A stretch of 64,000 nt of DNA from Candidatus Woesearchaeota archaeon (GCA_013202845.1 JABMPT010000008.1:5415-69414); one strand, 5' to 3'; counted from the stretch's first letter, positions 9,750 through 19,243 are shown. Numbers and translations are program-made. Notes: generated from the sequence alone by a model not told the origin.

Positions 9750-9896
9750 ATGGAATCGAAGAATATCACTTTAAGAGTCAATTCAAAATTGTATGATGGT
9801 TATAAGCAATTTTGCAAGAAGAAGGGATTATTGATATCGAGACAAGTTGAAATTATGATGGAAAAACAGTTTAAAGAGAGACAAAAAAATGACTGA
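9750..9896 (+). CDS. ribbon-helix-helix (CopG/Arc-like) small DNA-binding protein
   Basis: 48 aa, MESKNITLRVNSKLYDGYKQFCKKKG...; has the RHH beta-strand/helix pattern. Not in the ORF track (<60 aa). Its stop overlaps the ATPase start (8-nt overlap). GGGGGAT Shine-Dalgarno-like sequence upstream. Confidence 0.4.
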   Translation: MESKNITLRVNSKLYDGYKQFCKKKGLLISRQVEIMMEKQFKERQKND

Positions 9897-11580
9897 TGGA
9901 AGAATTATTGATGAAGGAAGATTGTCTTTTACTGTAGAATCAAGCGTAATTGGTCATTTGAGTATTGGATTGTATAGAAACTTCTCTAGAGCTATCAAAG
10001 AATTAGTCTCAAATGCCTATGATGCACTTGCAATTGAAGTAAAAATCAACTTAGATATAAAATCAAAAAGACTGATTATTAAAGATGATGGTAAAGGAAT
10101 GAATAAAGATGACATACAGAGGCAATTGCTTACAATAGGAAAAACTACACCAAGAACTCAGATGAGTATAGGTTTAGGCAGAAAAAGAATTGGTCAATTT
10201 GGAGTGGGATTCTTGGCAGTATTCCCTTACTGTAATAAAATCAGGTTAATTAGCAAGAAAAGAGGAGAAGAAAATGCTGTGGAGATAACAATTGATGTTA
10301 GTAAATACTATAAGAATAGCACATTTACTCTGGATAAAGACTTAGAGGATATTGAGTATAAGGTGGTTTCAAGTTTACTGCCTAAAGAGAAAGGAGAAAC
10401 GATTATACTTCTTGAAAGCATAAAGCCACACATTTTAAAAATATTCAATAAGAGCAAAGGAAAATCTCACAGTTCTATAGAACAGTTTAGTGAATTTGAA
10501 AAAACAAAATGGGAATTGCAACAATACTTACCGTTACAATTTTCAGAATCTTGCCCAGAATTAAGGGATTTTTTTAGTGTAGAAAGTAGGACCCCTTTAA
10601 GAGTATGGTTTGATGGAGAAGAATTATTTAGGAATGTTCCAGAGGGTTCAAATAACAAGAAATCTGAGATGATAGAGAAAGGTGAAGAATCTTTTGGGGA
10701 TATCAAAATAAAATATGTCATTCTTTCTCCAATTAAATCGATTCGACCACAGGAATCAAGAGGACTTCAAATTAGGATGAATGATGTGGGTATTGGTTTG
10801 CCAACAGATTTTGATGTTATTAAACTCAGAGGAAGACTCCTTGGTAAACTCAATTATCTAGCAGGAGAAGTTCATATTATAAAAGGATTAGATAATGACC
10901 TTATGTTAGATAGGGATGGATTTTATTTTACTGAAGAAGTTTCAGCTATGTATGAATTCTTTAGGGATAAACTCACAAAATGGGACCATAAATTTCAAAA
11001 CACTGCAAAGGAAGATAAAGCAGTATATGAAATTCTGTCAAGATTACCTAAGCAGGATAAAATAGTGCAGGAGTTTAAATCGGTAGGAATTTTAAAATTT
11101 GATAAAAACAACCTTCGCATACCTAAAGCGCCAATAACAAGGAAACATAAAACTAAATTGTCTTCAATCTCAAAACAAATTGATACTATAGTTAGCAAGA
11201 AAGGTTATAGCGTCAAGAGAAGGAAAAAGAGTGATACATGTGACCAATCTATCAAAGTTGACAAAAAGACAAAGAAGGTTATCATTTATGAAGACCATCC
11301 TGCACTCTCTGAACAGATTGAAATAGACGGTAAGAAAATATCAATAACATATGACGAACAGGATGAATTAAAAAAGGATGAATCAATATGTGAGTTAGAT
11401 TCAAAAAACAAAGTAGCTACTTTTAATAAAGACCATGAAATTTTTGATCTTAGCTTAGACAACAAGATAATTATGGAATTTGTTATCAGACTCCATCTTC
11501 TAGCAAAGACTGAAATGATTTCAAATTCTGCTTTAAAGAAAATTTTGAAGGCCTTCAAAAAGACTTTCTCCAAAGAATAA
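9889..11580 (+). CDS. GHKL (Bergerat-fold) ATPase, MORC/MutL/Hsp90-like (HATPase_c_3-type)
   Basis: N-box ELVSNAYDA, G1 DDGKGM and G2 GQFGVGFLAVF motifs in the N-terminal 110 aa. The 450-aa C-terminal region is unassigned. Confidence 0.8.
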   Translation: MTDGRIIDEGRLSFTVESSVIGHLSIGLYRNFSRAIKELVSNAYDALAIEVKINLDIKSKRLIIKDDGKGMNKDDIQRQLLTIGKTTPRTQMSIGLGRKRIGQFGVGFLAVFPYCNKIRLISKKRGEENAVEITIDVSKYYKNSTFTLDKDLEDIEYKVVSSLLPKEKGETIILLESIKPHILKIFNKSKGKSHSSIEQFSEFEKTKWELQQYLPLQFSESCPELRDFFSVESRTPLRVWFDGEELFRNVPEGSNNKKSEMIEKGEESFGDIKIKYVILSPIKSIRPQESRGLQIRMNDVGIGLPTDFDVIKLRGRLLGKLNYLAGEVHIIKGLDNDLMLDRDGFYFTEEVSAMYEFFRDKLTKWDHKFQNTAKEDKAVYEILSRLPKQDKIVQEFKSVGILKFDKNNLRIPKAPITRKHKTKLSSISKQIDTIVSKKGYSVKRRKKSDTCDQSIKVDKKTKKVIIYEDHPALSEQIEIDGKKISITYDEQDELKKDESICELDSKNKVATFNKDHEIFDLSLDNKIIMEFVIRLHLLAKTEMISNSALKKILKAFKKTFSKE

Positions 11581-11582
11581 AA

Positions 11583-12308
11583 ATGGAAGAGGCTTTGATT
11601 AGTTTAAAAACGGAAATTGTAAATAGTTTTTGGAAAAACAAATTTATTAAAATAGGTCAACTTGTTTTTCCTAGGAAAAAATATAAATCCCTAAAAGTAC
11701 TAAGTCTTACTAATTCTCGAAACATTGAAGAAGTAAAAATACTTATTAAGGATCATTTGACATCAAGGGCCTATCTGTTTGCATGGTGCAATGATTTCAT
11801 TGAAGCTTTAAGCTTAGATGCAGAGGCTAAGTTTAATGAAGTTCTTGATGCTGCCAAATTTGAGGAAACTTTTCTAAGCCGTACTGATCATAAGGTTTAT
11901 GCTTGTTTTCCATTTCATGTGCTTAATATAGATTTTACATCACAAGCAGTTGAATCAGAAGATGGTCGTTTGGAAAAGGAATTACACTCAATTGAAAAGG
12001 TTTTATTGAAACAAAAAGAGACAAATGGAAATAATGCTTGGTTGATGTTGTTTACTACCTTAATTGATAATACACCGGTCAATGTAGATGATATTAAAAT
12101 AAATTCTGACCAATATACAATAAGTTTATGGTCGGGAATGACTTTCTCTAAGCAAGGAAGTTTGAATGATTCTGATGATATCAAGAACATTCTCATGGAA
12201 TTTTTTCACAAAATGAAAGATAAATATGGGCTTCAGGTTGATATTGATTCATTTACAAAACCAATTAACTCTCATGAAGTAATGTCTATTTCGATTATAG
12301 TAAAATAA
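11583..12308 (+). CDS. hypothetical protein (operon partner of the GHKL ATPase)
   Basis: Start 2 nt after the ATPase stop. No recognisable motif. Confidence 0.45.
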   Translation: MEEALISLKTEIVNSFWKNKFIKIGQLVFPRKKYKSLKVLSLTNSRNIEEVKILIKDHLTSRAYLFAWCNDFIEALSLDAEAKFNEVLDAAKFEETFLSRTDHKVYACFPFHVLNIDFTSQAVESEDGRLEKELHSIEKVLLKQKETNGNNAWLMLFTTLIDNTPVNVDDIKINSDQYTISLWSGMTFSKQGSLNDSDDIKNILMEFFHKMKDKYGLQVDIDSFTKPINSHEVMSISIIVK

Positions 12309-12323
12309 CTTTAAGGTGATATT

Positions 12324-13103
12324 ATGGCAAGAATAAATGTTAGTACCTTTCCTCGGATGTTAAAAAGCGTTCACAATGCTCAAAAGAAATGGAGACAGCA
12401 GAACTATGAAAACTCTATTACCAAGTTTAAAGATGAAATCGAGAAAACTCTTGAAATATTGAATTTTTATGGAAAATGGAAGAGTAAGTTTTCTGGTCAA
12501 AAGATAACAGATAAAATGATACCTGAAATATTCATGGATGGATTATCAAGTCTCCATTTTGCTTTATGGGGACAATATAAATATGCGAATATGGGTTTAC
12601 GTTCACAATTAGAGACTGCTTTGAGACTTATTTATTTTATGGACCACCCACGAGAATATGAATGGTGGTTAAGTGGTAATGAATGGTATAAGGGACAAAA
12701 AGGAGCTTATGTTTGGGGTGATGATTTTAATTACTTTAAACAGATAGATAAGATAAACAAGTTTGATAAAAATTTAGCTGGTGAAAAAAAGATATATTCC
12801 TCATCTAGTTCGGGCAAGTCTGGAAATTTACTAAAGGAAATTTACGGAAAACTCTCCAAGTCTATACATACTAGTGCACAACATTTTCAAACCTCTATAG
12901 GTAGATTTTCTCCTAAGTATTCCATGTCTAAAATGGAGACTTGGTTAAAGTCCTGTAAGGATTTACAATGTTACATAATTGTATCTTTGATATTATCTTT
13001 TCCTAAAGAATTTAAGAAAATGTCATCTATAGAACGGAGTACAATATTAACAAAAGGAGTTGTTGATTCGGTATATATCAAAAAAATAAATGAAGTAATC
13101 TAA
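12324..13103 (+). CDS. hypothetical protein (operon partner; weak R-x6-H HEPN-like motif RLIYFMDH)
   Basis: AGGTGA Shine-Dalgarno-like sequence upstream; co-directional tight spacing. Confidence 0.4.
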   Translation: MARINVSTFPRMLKSVHNAQKKWRQQNYENSITKFKDEIEKTLEILNFYGKWKSKFSGQKITDKMIPEIFMDGLSSLHFALWGQYKYANMGLRSQLETALRLIYFMDHPREYEWWLSGNEWYKGQKGAYVWGDDFNYFKQIDKINKFDKNLAGEKKIYSSSSSGKSGNLLKEIYGKLSKSIHTSAQHFQTSIGRFSPKYSMSKMETWLKSCKDLQCYIIVSLILSFPKEFKKMSSIERSTILTKGVVDSVYIKKINEVI

Positions 13104-13104
13104 A

Positions 13105-14172
13105 ATGACTAAACAAGAGAAAATTATCTCACCATCCACAAGATATCAAGGTAGTAAGAGAAGAATACTGCCTTGGCTGAAATCAACATTTGATAATCTA
13201 GAATTTGAAACTGTTTTAGATGGCTTTGGAGGTACTGCAAGCGTTAGTTATTTGTTCAAGCTAATGGGAAAAGAAGTAACCTTCAACGATATTCTTTTAT
13301 CAAATTATCAAACAGGACTTGCTTTAATTGAAAACAAAAAAACATTATTAAATGAAGAAGATATTGAATTCATTCTTAACATAAATAGAAAAAGTAATTA
13401 TTCAAACTTAATTTCGAAGAATTATAAAAATATATATTTTCTTGATGAAGAAAATAAGTGGTTAGACAAAGTAATTAACAATATTAAAGATTTATCTTTA
13501 TTTTACAAAGGAAATAAGTTGAAATTAAAAAAGGCTTTAGCTCATCATATTCTTTTTCAATCTTGTCTCTCAAAAAGGCCTTTTAATTTATTTCATAGAA
13601 AGAATCTAAACATGAGAACTAACACTAATATTAAAAGAAGTTTTGGTAATAAAGTTACTTGGGATACTCCTTTCAGAGAACATTTTATTAAATTTAATAA
13701 AGAGTACTCAGATAGAGTATTCGATAACAAAAGAAGAAACAAAGCTATGAATAAAGACATCTTCAAGATAAATAAGACTTATGATTTAGTTTATCTTGAT
13801 CCTCCTTATATGCGAACTCATACAACCAAACCTCAGAAATACCAAGAAATGTATCACTTTTTAGAAGGAATTATGAACTATGAAACTTGGCTAAAGAATA
13901 TTGATTATATTCGAATACACAAACCGTTCATCATAGAAAATAATAACTGGAACGAAAAAGTGTTAGAGAATTTTGATGAACTATTTAAGAAATTTTCTGA
14001 CTCTGTATTGGTTGTTTCTTATGGAAATAAAGGTTCGCCAAGTATATCTTCTATTGTGCGTTTGATGAAAAAATACAAAAACAAAGTTAGAACAATTTCA
14101 AGACCTTATTCATACAGATTAAATAGAAATAATGGAAAAGGATATCGAGAAGTGATTATTATTGGAGAATAA
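13105..14172 (+). CDS. D12-class (Dam-like) N6-adenine DNA methyltransferase
   Basis: N-terminal Y-QGSKRR..P, motif I DGFGGTASV, motif IV YLDPPYM. Start 1 nt after the upstream stop. Confidence 0.65.
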   Translation: MTKQEKIISPSTRYQGSKRRILPWLKSTFDNLEFETVLDGFGGTASVSYLFKLMGKEVTFNDILLSNYQTGLALIENKKTLLNEEDIEFILNINRKSNYSNLISKNYKNIYFLDEENKWLDKVINNIKDLSLFYKGNKLKLKKALAHHILFQSCLSKRPFNLFHRKNLNMRTNTNIKRSFGNKVTWDTPFREHFIKFNKEYSDRVFDNKRRNKAMNKDIFKINKTYDLVYLDPPYMRTHTTKPQKYQEMYHFLEGIMNYETWLKNIDYIRIHKPFIIENNNWNEKVLENFDELFKKFSDSVLVVSYGNKGSPSISSIVRLMKKYKNKVRTISRPYSYRLNRNNGKGYREVIIIGE

Positions 14173-14173
14173 G

Positions 14174-14842
14174 CTAAGAATTATAGTTGTTTAAGTAGTC
14201 CATAGTTCTAATATAGGACTTATCAATTAGTCTATTAAATTTTGTTCTTAGTCTTTTAGTTTCTGTTGTTAAATACCCTTCATGTGTAGGTGAAGGGTAC
14301 TTCTTTAGTTTTATCTTAGTTTGTTTATCTTTCCTTCCAGCATTATGAACGTATTGGTTTCTAATAATATAAATATGTTCCATTATTTTCTTTTCATCTT
14401 GTGTTAAAAAAGGAATTCCAAACAATTCGAAGAAATCGTAAACATCAAATCTGTTTTTAATATTTAACTTATTTAAGATAATTTCATAAGTATTGCGTTT
14501 TCTTGAAGATACTAATTCGCCAATAATATTCTTATGTTTCGTTTCTTTGCTTGTGAAAAAAGTTGAAAATTTATTAAGAAGTTCTTGTATTAAATCTTTA
14601 TAATAGACCTCAAAATTTGTACTTAAAGATATGAGTGCATGTTCTGAACATGATACTTCGATTTTGATTAATTCTTTATCTTGTGATTTTTTTACTGCCT
14701 CGTGATGTTTTGGATGTATATCATAAGCTTTTTGTTGATATATCCAATTATATGTTTTAAGTTTACTCATCGCAGTTATTAACATCTCAGTTCTTTTTGC
14801 ATTAGTATGAAAATTTGATATTGAATTAATTTTTCTTATCAT
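14174..14842 (-). CDS. HEPN-like protein (RN-x3-H), convergent on the MTase
   Basis: IIRNQYVHNAG matches RNxxxH. Its stop abuts the MTase stop. Confidence 0.4.
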   Translation of the reverse strand: MIRKINSISNFHTNAKRTEMLITAMSKLKTYNWIYQQKAYDIHPKHHEAVKKSQDKELIKIEVSCSEHALISLSTNFEVYYKDLIQELLNKFSTFFTSKETKHKNIIGELVSSRKRNTYEIILNKLNIKNRFDVYDFFELFGIPFLTQDEKKIMEHIYIIRNQYVHNAGRKDKQTKIKLKKYPSPTHEGYLTTETKRLRTKFNRLIDKSYIRTMDYLNNYNS

Positions 14843-14963
14843 TATTGATTTATAGAATATTATTTATTATAAATCTTATTAAAATTATTGAACTTAGATT
14901 AAATTTTTTGACCCGGAACGATGTAAACTATTTTTTTGAACAAAGTTTTTTTACAGCAACTTT

Positions 14964-15026
14964 CGTAAATAACCACACAAAAACAACTTTGAGAGTGAAT
15001 CAAGAAAGAATCACAGGAACAAGCGA
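14964..15026. repeat. second intergenic repeat family (cgtaaataaccacacaaaaacaac tttgagagtgaatcaagaaagaatcacaggaacaagcgag)
   Basis: Copies at 6306-6377 (fused to block 3 of the first family), a shortened variant at 6888-6935, and the 5' part at 16221-16250. Confidence 0.6.
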
Positions 15027-15049
15027 GAAAAATAATTATTCTAGAACTT

Positions 15050-15337
15050 TTATAAGAAATTTCCTTTTTTGACTTGTTCAACAATATACATTATGTCTGC
15101 GACAACTATTGCAACACCTAAAAGATTGAAAGCAGCTTTGAAAACAGGTACAAGATTAAGAAAAGAATCAGTTGGAGTGGCTCCTGCTAAGGTATCAACA
15201 ATCATATAACCAATATTGGCTTGACTAGGTATTGCAAAATAAACTCCAATAAAGAAAACAATTATGGCTCCTATTACTCCTTGTTCATTTCTTTTCCTTG
15301 GCATTTTTTTCTTTGTTTTATCATCTTTTTTAATCAT
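15050..15337 (-). CDS. small membrane protein
   Basis: Lys-rich N-terminus followed by two hydrophobic helices. Confidence 0.3.
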   Translation of the reverse strand: MIKKDDKTKKKMPRKRNEQGVIGAIIVFFIGVYFAIPSQANIGYMIVDTLAGATPTDSFLNLVPVFKAAFNLLGVAIVVADIMYIVEQVKKGNFL

Positions 15338-15555
15338 TATTTTTTAAAAATATATATTCCTCTATCGTTATTTCCGGCCGGAATTGCAGTAACTAAAATC
15401 CAACCTTCTTTAGCGAGCTTATTAATTTCATCTGTTACTTGTTCAAAAATTCCTTCTTTATTTGTTTTCCAAGGATTAATTAATCCTGCATGCACAATTC
15501 CTTTCGCAATATATTCAACCATTATAAAACACCCCTCAATAATTTTTAAGAGCAA
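15337..15555 (-). CDS. hypothetical small protein
   Basis: 72-aa ORF whose stop overlaps the start codon of the downstream small membrane gene. Confidence 0.3.
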   Translation of the reverse strand: MLLKIIEGCFIMVEYIAKGIVHAGLINPWKTNKEGIFEQVTDEINKLAKEGWILVTAIPAGNNDRGIYIFKK

Positions 15556-16190
15556 TTACATAATTCTGTAATTCTATGTTTAATAACTTCTTTAATTCTA
15601 GTTTCTATATGTGGAAATATTGCAGTAAGGACTTCTACATCCTCACCAATATCTGTATCAAAAGTTGTTGTTAAATCTTTTGTTTCTCCGCCTGGAATAA
15701 AAACAGATACTTCTTTCACACCAGCTTTCTTTAGTGTCCTATAACTATGTTTAACAGCGAAAGTACCTCCCTCATCTTCAAAATTTTTTATTTTAGTTGT
15801 TTGTTCTGTTCCCCAATTATCTATCTCCAGAAGAGTTCCTAAAGTGGAGTCATCTATAATACCAAATTTAAAAGTATATTGATAAGATTCATTTTCGGTA
15901 TAAGGTTGTGTTATATTCACGCATTTTTTTGTTGGACATTCAGGACATATTTGTTCAGAACACAGTTCAATAGAGTCCACAACAACACCGTCTTGACATT
16001 GATATTTAATCACTGTTTCTATTAGACACTCAGGACATATTTGTTCGGAACATAAATTAACGGAATCAACCACTTGACCATTTTGACATTGGTATTTTAT
16101 AATTGTCTCTGGCTCACACCCAGACAGAACAAACATACATAAGAGTAAAAAAATTATTTTTCTCATAATGCCCCCAAAACAATCATACAT
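15546..16190 (-). CDS. secreted lipoprotein-like protein with duplicated Cys-rich repeat (IKYQCQ.G.VVDS..LCSEQICPEC x2)
   Basis: Signal peptide with lipobox-like LSGC; internal tandem protein repeat. Confidence 0.45.
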   Translation of the reverse strand: MYDCFGGIMRKIIFLLLCMFVLSGCEPETIIKYQCQNGQVVDSVNLCSEQICPECLIETVIKYQCQDGVVVDSIELCSEQICPECPTKKCVNITQPYTENESYQYTFKFGIIDDSTLGTLLEIDNWGTEQTTKIKNFEDEGGTFAVKHSYRTLKKAGVKEVSVFIPGGETKDLTTTFDTDIGEDVEVLTAIFPHIETRIKEVIKHRITELCNCS

Positions 16191-16281
16191 AGTAGAAACT
16201 TCTTTTTAAAGATTTAGATTTTTCGTAAATAATCACACAAAAACAATCTTTATATACAACATTTGTTTAACATTTGTTATA

Positions 16282-17112
16282 ATGAATGTTAAAATTCCCA
16301 GATTTGTCAAATGGGCAGGCGGAAAAACTCAATTAATCAACCAATTCAAACCTTTCTTCCCTAAACAAATAGAAAGATACTTTGAACCATTTGTAGGTGG
16401 AGGAGCTGTTTTGTTTTACATAATTCAGAAATTTTCTCCAAAAAAAGTATTTATTTCAGATACTAATGAAGAGCTTATTAATGCTTATGAAATAATAAAA
16501 AATGATGTTGAATCTTTAATTAAAGAACTTAAGAAGCATAAAAACAATTATGACAAAAATCCTAAAGAGTATTACTATAAAACAAGAGCTATAAATCCTG
16601 AAGATTTAACCGAAGTAGAAAAAGCAGCCAGATTCATATTTCTTAACAGAACATGCTTCAATGGATTATATAGAGTGAATTCTAAGAATAGATTCAATGT
16701 ACCTATTGGAAGATACACAAATCCTGCAATAGTAAGAGAAGATATTCTTAGAGAAATTAATAAATTGCTTCAAAAAGTCGAAATAGAAGTTATGTCTTTT
16801 GAGAAAATAGTTAAGATTGTCAAGAAAGGAGACTTTGTTTATTTCGATCCTCCTTATTGGCCAATAAAAAGCGATAATTTCACAAGTTACACAAAACTAG
16901 ATTTCAAGAAAGAAGATCAAGAAAAACTTGCAGAAGTTTTTCAAGAATTAGATAAAAAAGGAGTTAAAGTAATGTTAAGTAATAGCGATACAGAATTAAT
17001 TCAAAATTTATATTCTAAATACAAACCAAAGATTGTCAAAGCAACTAGAATGATTAATTCTAAAGCAGAAGGAAGAGGAGCAATTAATGAAGTTGTTGTT
17101 GTGAACTATTAG
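16282..17112 (+). CDS. Dam/DpnM-like (alpha-class) GATC-type N6-adenine DNA methyltransferase
   Basis: KWAGGK, FVGGGAV, NGLYRVN, FDPPYWP. Confidence 0.85.
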   Translation: MNVKIPRFVKWAGGKTQLINQFKPFFPKQIERYFEPFVGGGAVLFYIIQKFSPKKVFISDTNEELINAYEIIKNDVESLIKELKKHKNNYDKNPKEYYYKTRAINPEDLTEVEKAARFIFLNRTCFNGLYRVNSKNRFNVPIGRYTNPAIVREDILREINKLLQKVEIEVMSFEKIVKIVKKGDFVYFDPPYWPIKSDNFTSYTKLDFKKEDQEKLAEVFQELDKKGVKVMLSNSDTELIQNLYSKYKPKIVKATRMINSKAEGRGAINEVVVVNY

Positions 17113-17635
17113 CTCGTTTGGATATGTTCTTTACAAGTTTTACACCCTCAACTTCTTGCATTAATATCTTAATAGGAACCAATCGACCTACTGTGGTGTG
17201 TTTATAATTACCTTCAAGGTCTTTTGTAGTTGTTTTACTTTCTTTGAATCTATCAATGTTTTTCAAGAACCATTCTCTAACTTTATTTAATGGGAGAATG
17301 TACATATCATCCCATTCAGTGAAATAATAGAAAATAATTCTGGCTTTACTTTTAACAAAACATCCTTTTGTTCCCAAACTCTCATTGCTTAATGTTTCAA
17401 ACCAAAAATTCCCAGTAGTATACTTGTCCGTTTTTACTTCGATAGACACAAAGAATTTTAATTCGCCTTTTTTATAACTCCAAATTAAATCAATATCGTT
17501 TTTTTGATATTCAGGATCATTCTCAACATTCTTCAATTCAATTGTTTTTTTAAGATCACCTAAATATCTACAAACAACTTCTATTCCTTTCTTCGAGAAA
17601 TCATTTTTTTCATCAAAGGTATAAGACTTAACCAT
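17084..17635 (-). CDS. PD-(D/E)XK nuclease-fold protein, putative restriction endonuclease subunit
   Basis: D-x(12)-E-V-K core (NDIDLIW...FFVSIEVK). True ATG at 17635; the track's first M is TTG. The ATG lies inside AATGGTTAA, which overlaps the upstream ORF's stop. Confidence 0.45.
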   Translation of the reverse strand: MVKSYTFDEKNDFSKKGIEVVCRYLGDLKKTIELKNVENDPEYQKNDIDLIWSYKKGELKFFVSIEVKTDKYTTGNFWFETLSNESLGTKGCFVKSKARIIFYYFTEWDDMYILPLNKVREWFLKNIDRFKESKTTTKDLEGNYKHTTVGRLVPIKILMQEVEGVKLVKNISKRANSSQQQLH

Positions 17636-18152
17636 TTTGTGTGGCTTTACCAACAATAACAAAAATATCCTCTTCGTTTAGAATGGAGTCCATTAAATTC
17701 TTAAAAACAAAAGCTCTTGCTAAACCAGTTTTTTCCATTCTCATCATCAGCTCTATTAAATGACCAATAAACTCAATAGTATACTCCCCATACTTATTTA
17801 GCTCATCAAATTCTCTTAATTTCTTAGGTGTTGTCTGTTTTAACTGACACTTCTGCTGTTCTTCCTTTGTTCTAAAGGGTTCTACCTTTTCCCACATATC
17901 TCTTAAGTATCTAACAAAATCAAGACTTAATTCTCTGTTGTGCTCCTTTTTAATAAGAATGTCAATAACCCAATGAATGTGCTTTGGAGTTCTAACCCTC
18001 TTATTTGGTTCTTGATATTTAATTATAATATCTAAATCAGGATTTTCTCCTCTACTACCCTGAAATACACCCATAATAGTACCATCCAATAGATTGAATT
18101 CTTTAAAGGAGTGAGCTTTTGTTCCTTTTCCATCTCTCAAACTGTATTCCAT
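17628..18152 (-). CDS. hypothetical protein translationally coupled to the nuclease (possible specificity/partner subunit)
   Basis: 174 aa; its stop overlaps the nuclease ATG by 8 nt; sits between two DNA MTase genes. Confidence 0.35.
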   Translation of the reverse strand: MEYSLRDGKGTKAHSFKEFNLLDGTIMGVFQGSRGENPDLDIIIKYQEPNKRVRTPKHIHWVIDILIKKEHNRELSLDFVRYLRDMWEKVEPFRTKEEQQKCQLKQTTPKKLREFDELNKYGEYTIEFIGHLIELMMRMEKTGLARAFVFKNLMDSILNEEDIFVIVGKATQNG

Positions 18153-18279
18153 AACATAAATTATACTGAAGATGTTTTTATAAATCTTTTCGATTCTTCC
18201 GAAAACATCCTGTCAATAACAACGAAAACACTGGACATCGAGGAGAAAACTATATAAAAGAAAAAGTTCCAAGCATAGT

Positions 18280-19050
18280 ATGACTATTTTTGAAGATAAC
18301 AATATAACATTACTGAAAGGGGATTGTTTGAAACTCTTACCAACCATAAGAAAAGGCTCAGTAACAACTATATTTGCAGATCCTCCTTACAATCTTTCTA
18401 ATGGAGGAATTACGTGTAAAGCCGGAAAAATGGTTTCTGTGAACAAAGGAGACTGGGATAAATCCAAAGGATTTACTAAAGATTATGAATTTACATATAA
18501 CTGGTTGAAATTATGTAAAGATGTCTTAAAACCTAATGGAACTATATGGATATCAGGAACTCCTCATAATATTTATCAAGTAGGACATGCTTTACAATCT
18601 CTTGGTTTTAATATTCTAAATGAAATTTCTTGGTTTAAACCAAATGCTCCACCAAATCTTTCTTGTCGTTATTTTGCACATTCACACGAGACAATTTTAT
18701 GGGCTAAAAAAGATAAAAAAGCAAAACACACATTTAATTATAAAGAAATGAAAAAATGGGATGATAAAATTAGTCCTTCAAATAAACAAATGAGAAGTGT
18801 TTGGCACATTCCTTTAACAAGCCCGAAAGAAAAGAAGAATGGTAAGCATCCAACACAAAAACCAATTGAGTTATTAAAAAGAATAATCACTGCAAGTTCT
18901 AATAAAAAAGATTTAATTTTGGATCCTTTTAATGGTTCAGGCACTACTGGAATTGTAGCAAAAATGTTAGGAAGAAGATATATAGGAATTGATAAAGAAC
19001 AAAAGTTTCTAAATTTAACAAAAAAAAGATTTAATGAATTAAAGAAATAA
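18280..19050 (+). CDS. beta-class N4/N6 DNA methyltransferase (DpnA/ParB-MTase-like, PF01555-type)
   Basis: ADPPYN early, FNGSGTTG near the C-terminus (circularly permuted beta-class order). Confidence 0.8.
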   Translation: MTIFEDNNITLLKGDCLKLLPTIRKGSVTTIFADPPYNLSNGGITCKAGKMVSVNKGDWDKSKGFTKDYEFTYNWLKLCKDVLKPNGTIWISGTPHNIYQVGHALQSLGFNILNEISWFKPNAPPNLSCRYFAHSHETILWAKKDKKAKHTFNYKEMKKWDDKISPSNKQMRSVWHIPLTSPKEKKNGKHPTQKPIELLKRIITASSNKKDLILDPFNGSGTTGIVAKMLGRRYIGIDKEQKFLNLTKKRFNELKK

Positions 19051-19063
19051 ATATCTGTTAATC

Positions 19064-19243
19064 ACTTAAACGGACAAGTTCTACATTCAGGTCTATTTTC
19101 TAAATTCATATCTTCAGTATAATCTTTACAATCAGGATATGTTCCTATACATCCAGGGAACTTGCTTGTTATACTACTACCTTTTGCACTTTGTTTATAT
19201 GTGTGTCTCTTAGGTAACTTTCTTCCTGTTCCGCCCATTTTAA
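19064..19243 (-). CDS. small basic Cys-rich protein (possible zinc ribbon)
   Basis: 59 aa, MGGTGRKLPKRHTYKQ...C.G...C...C..C; TATA-like sequence about 30 nt upstream. Not in the ORF track. Confidence 0.25.

Noticed and set aside
17084-18152. Reading 17628-18152 plus 17084-17662 as one frameshifted restriction-endonuclease pseudogene
   Set aside because: The downstream ORF has an in-frame ATG at 17635 embedded in AATGGTTAA, overlapping the upstream stop. This is typical translational coupling, and the track's longer overlap comes from a TTG start call.
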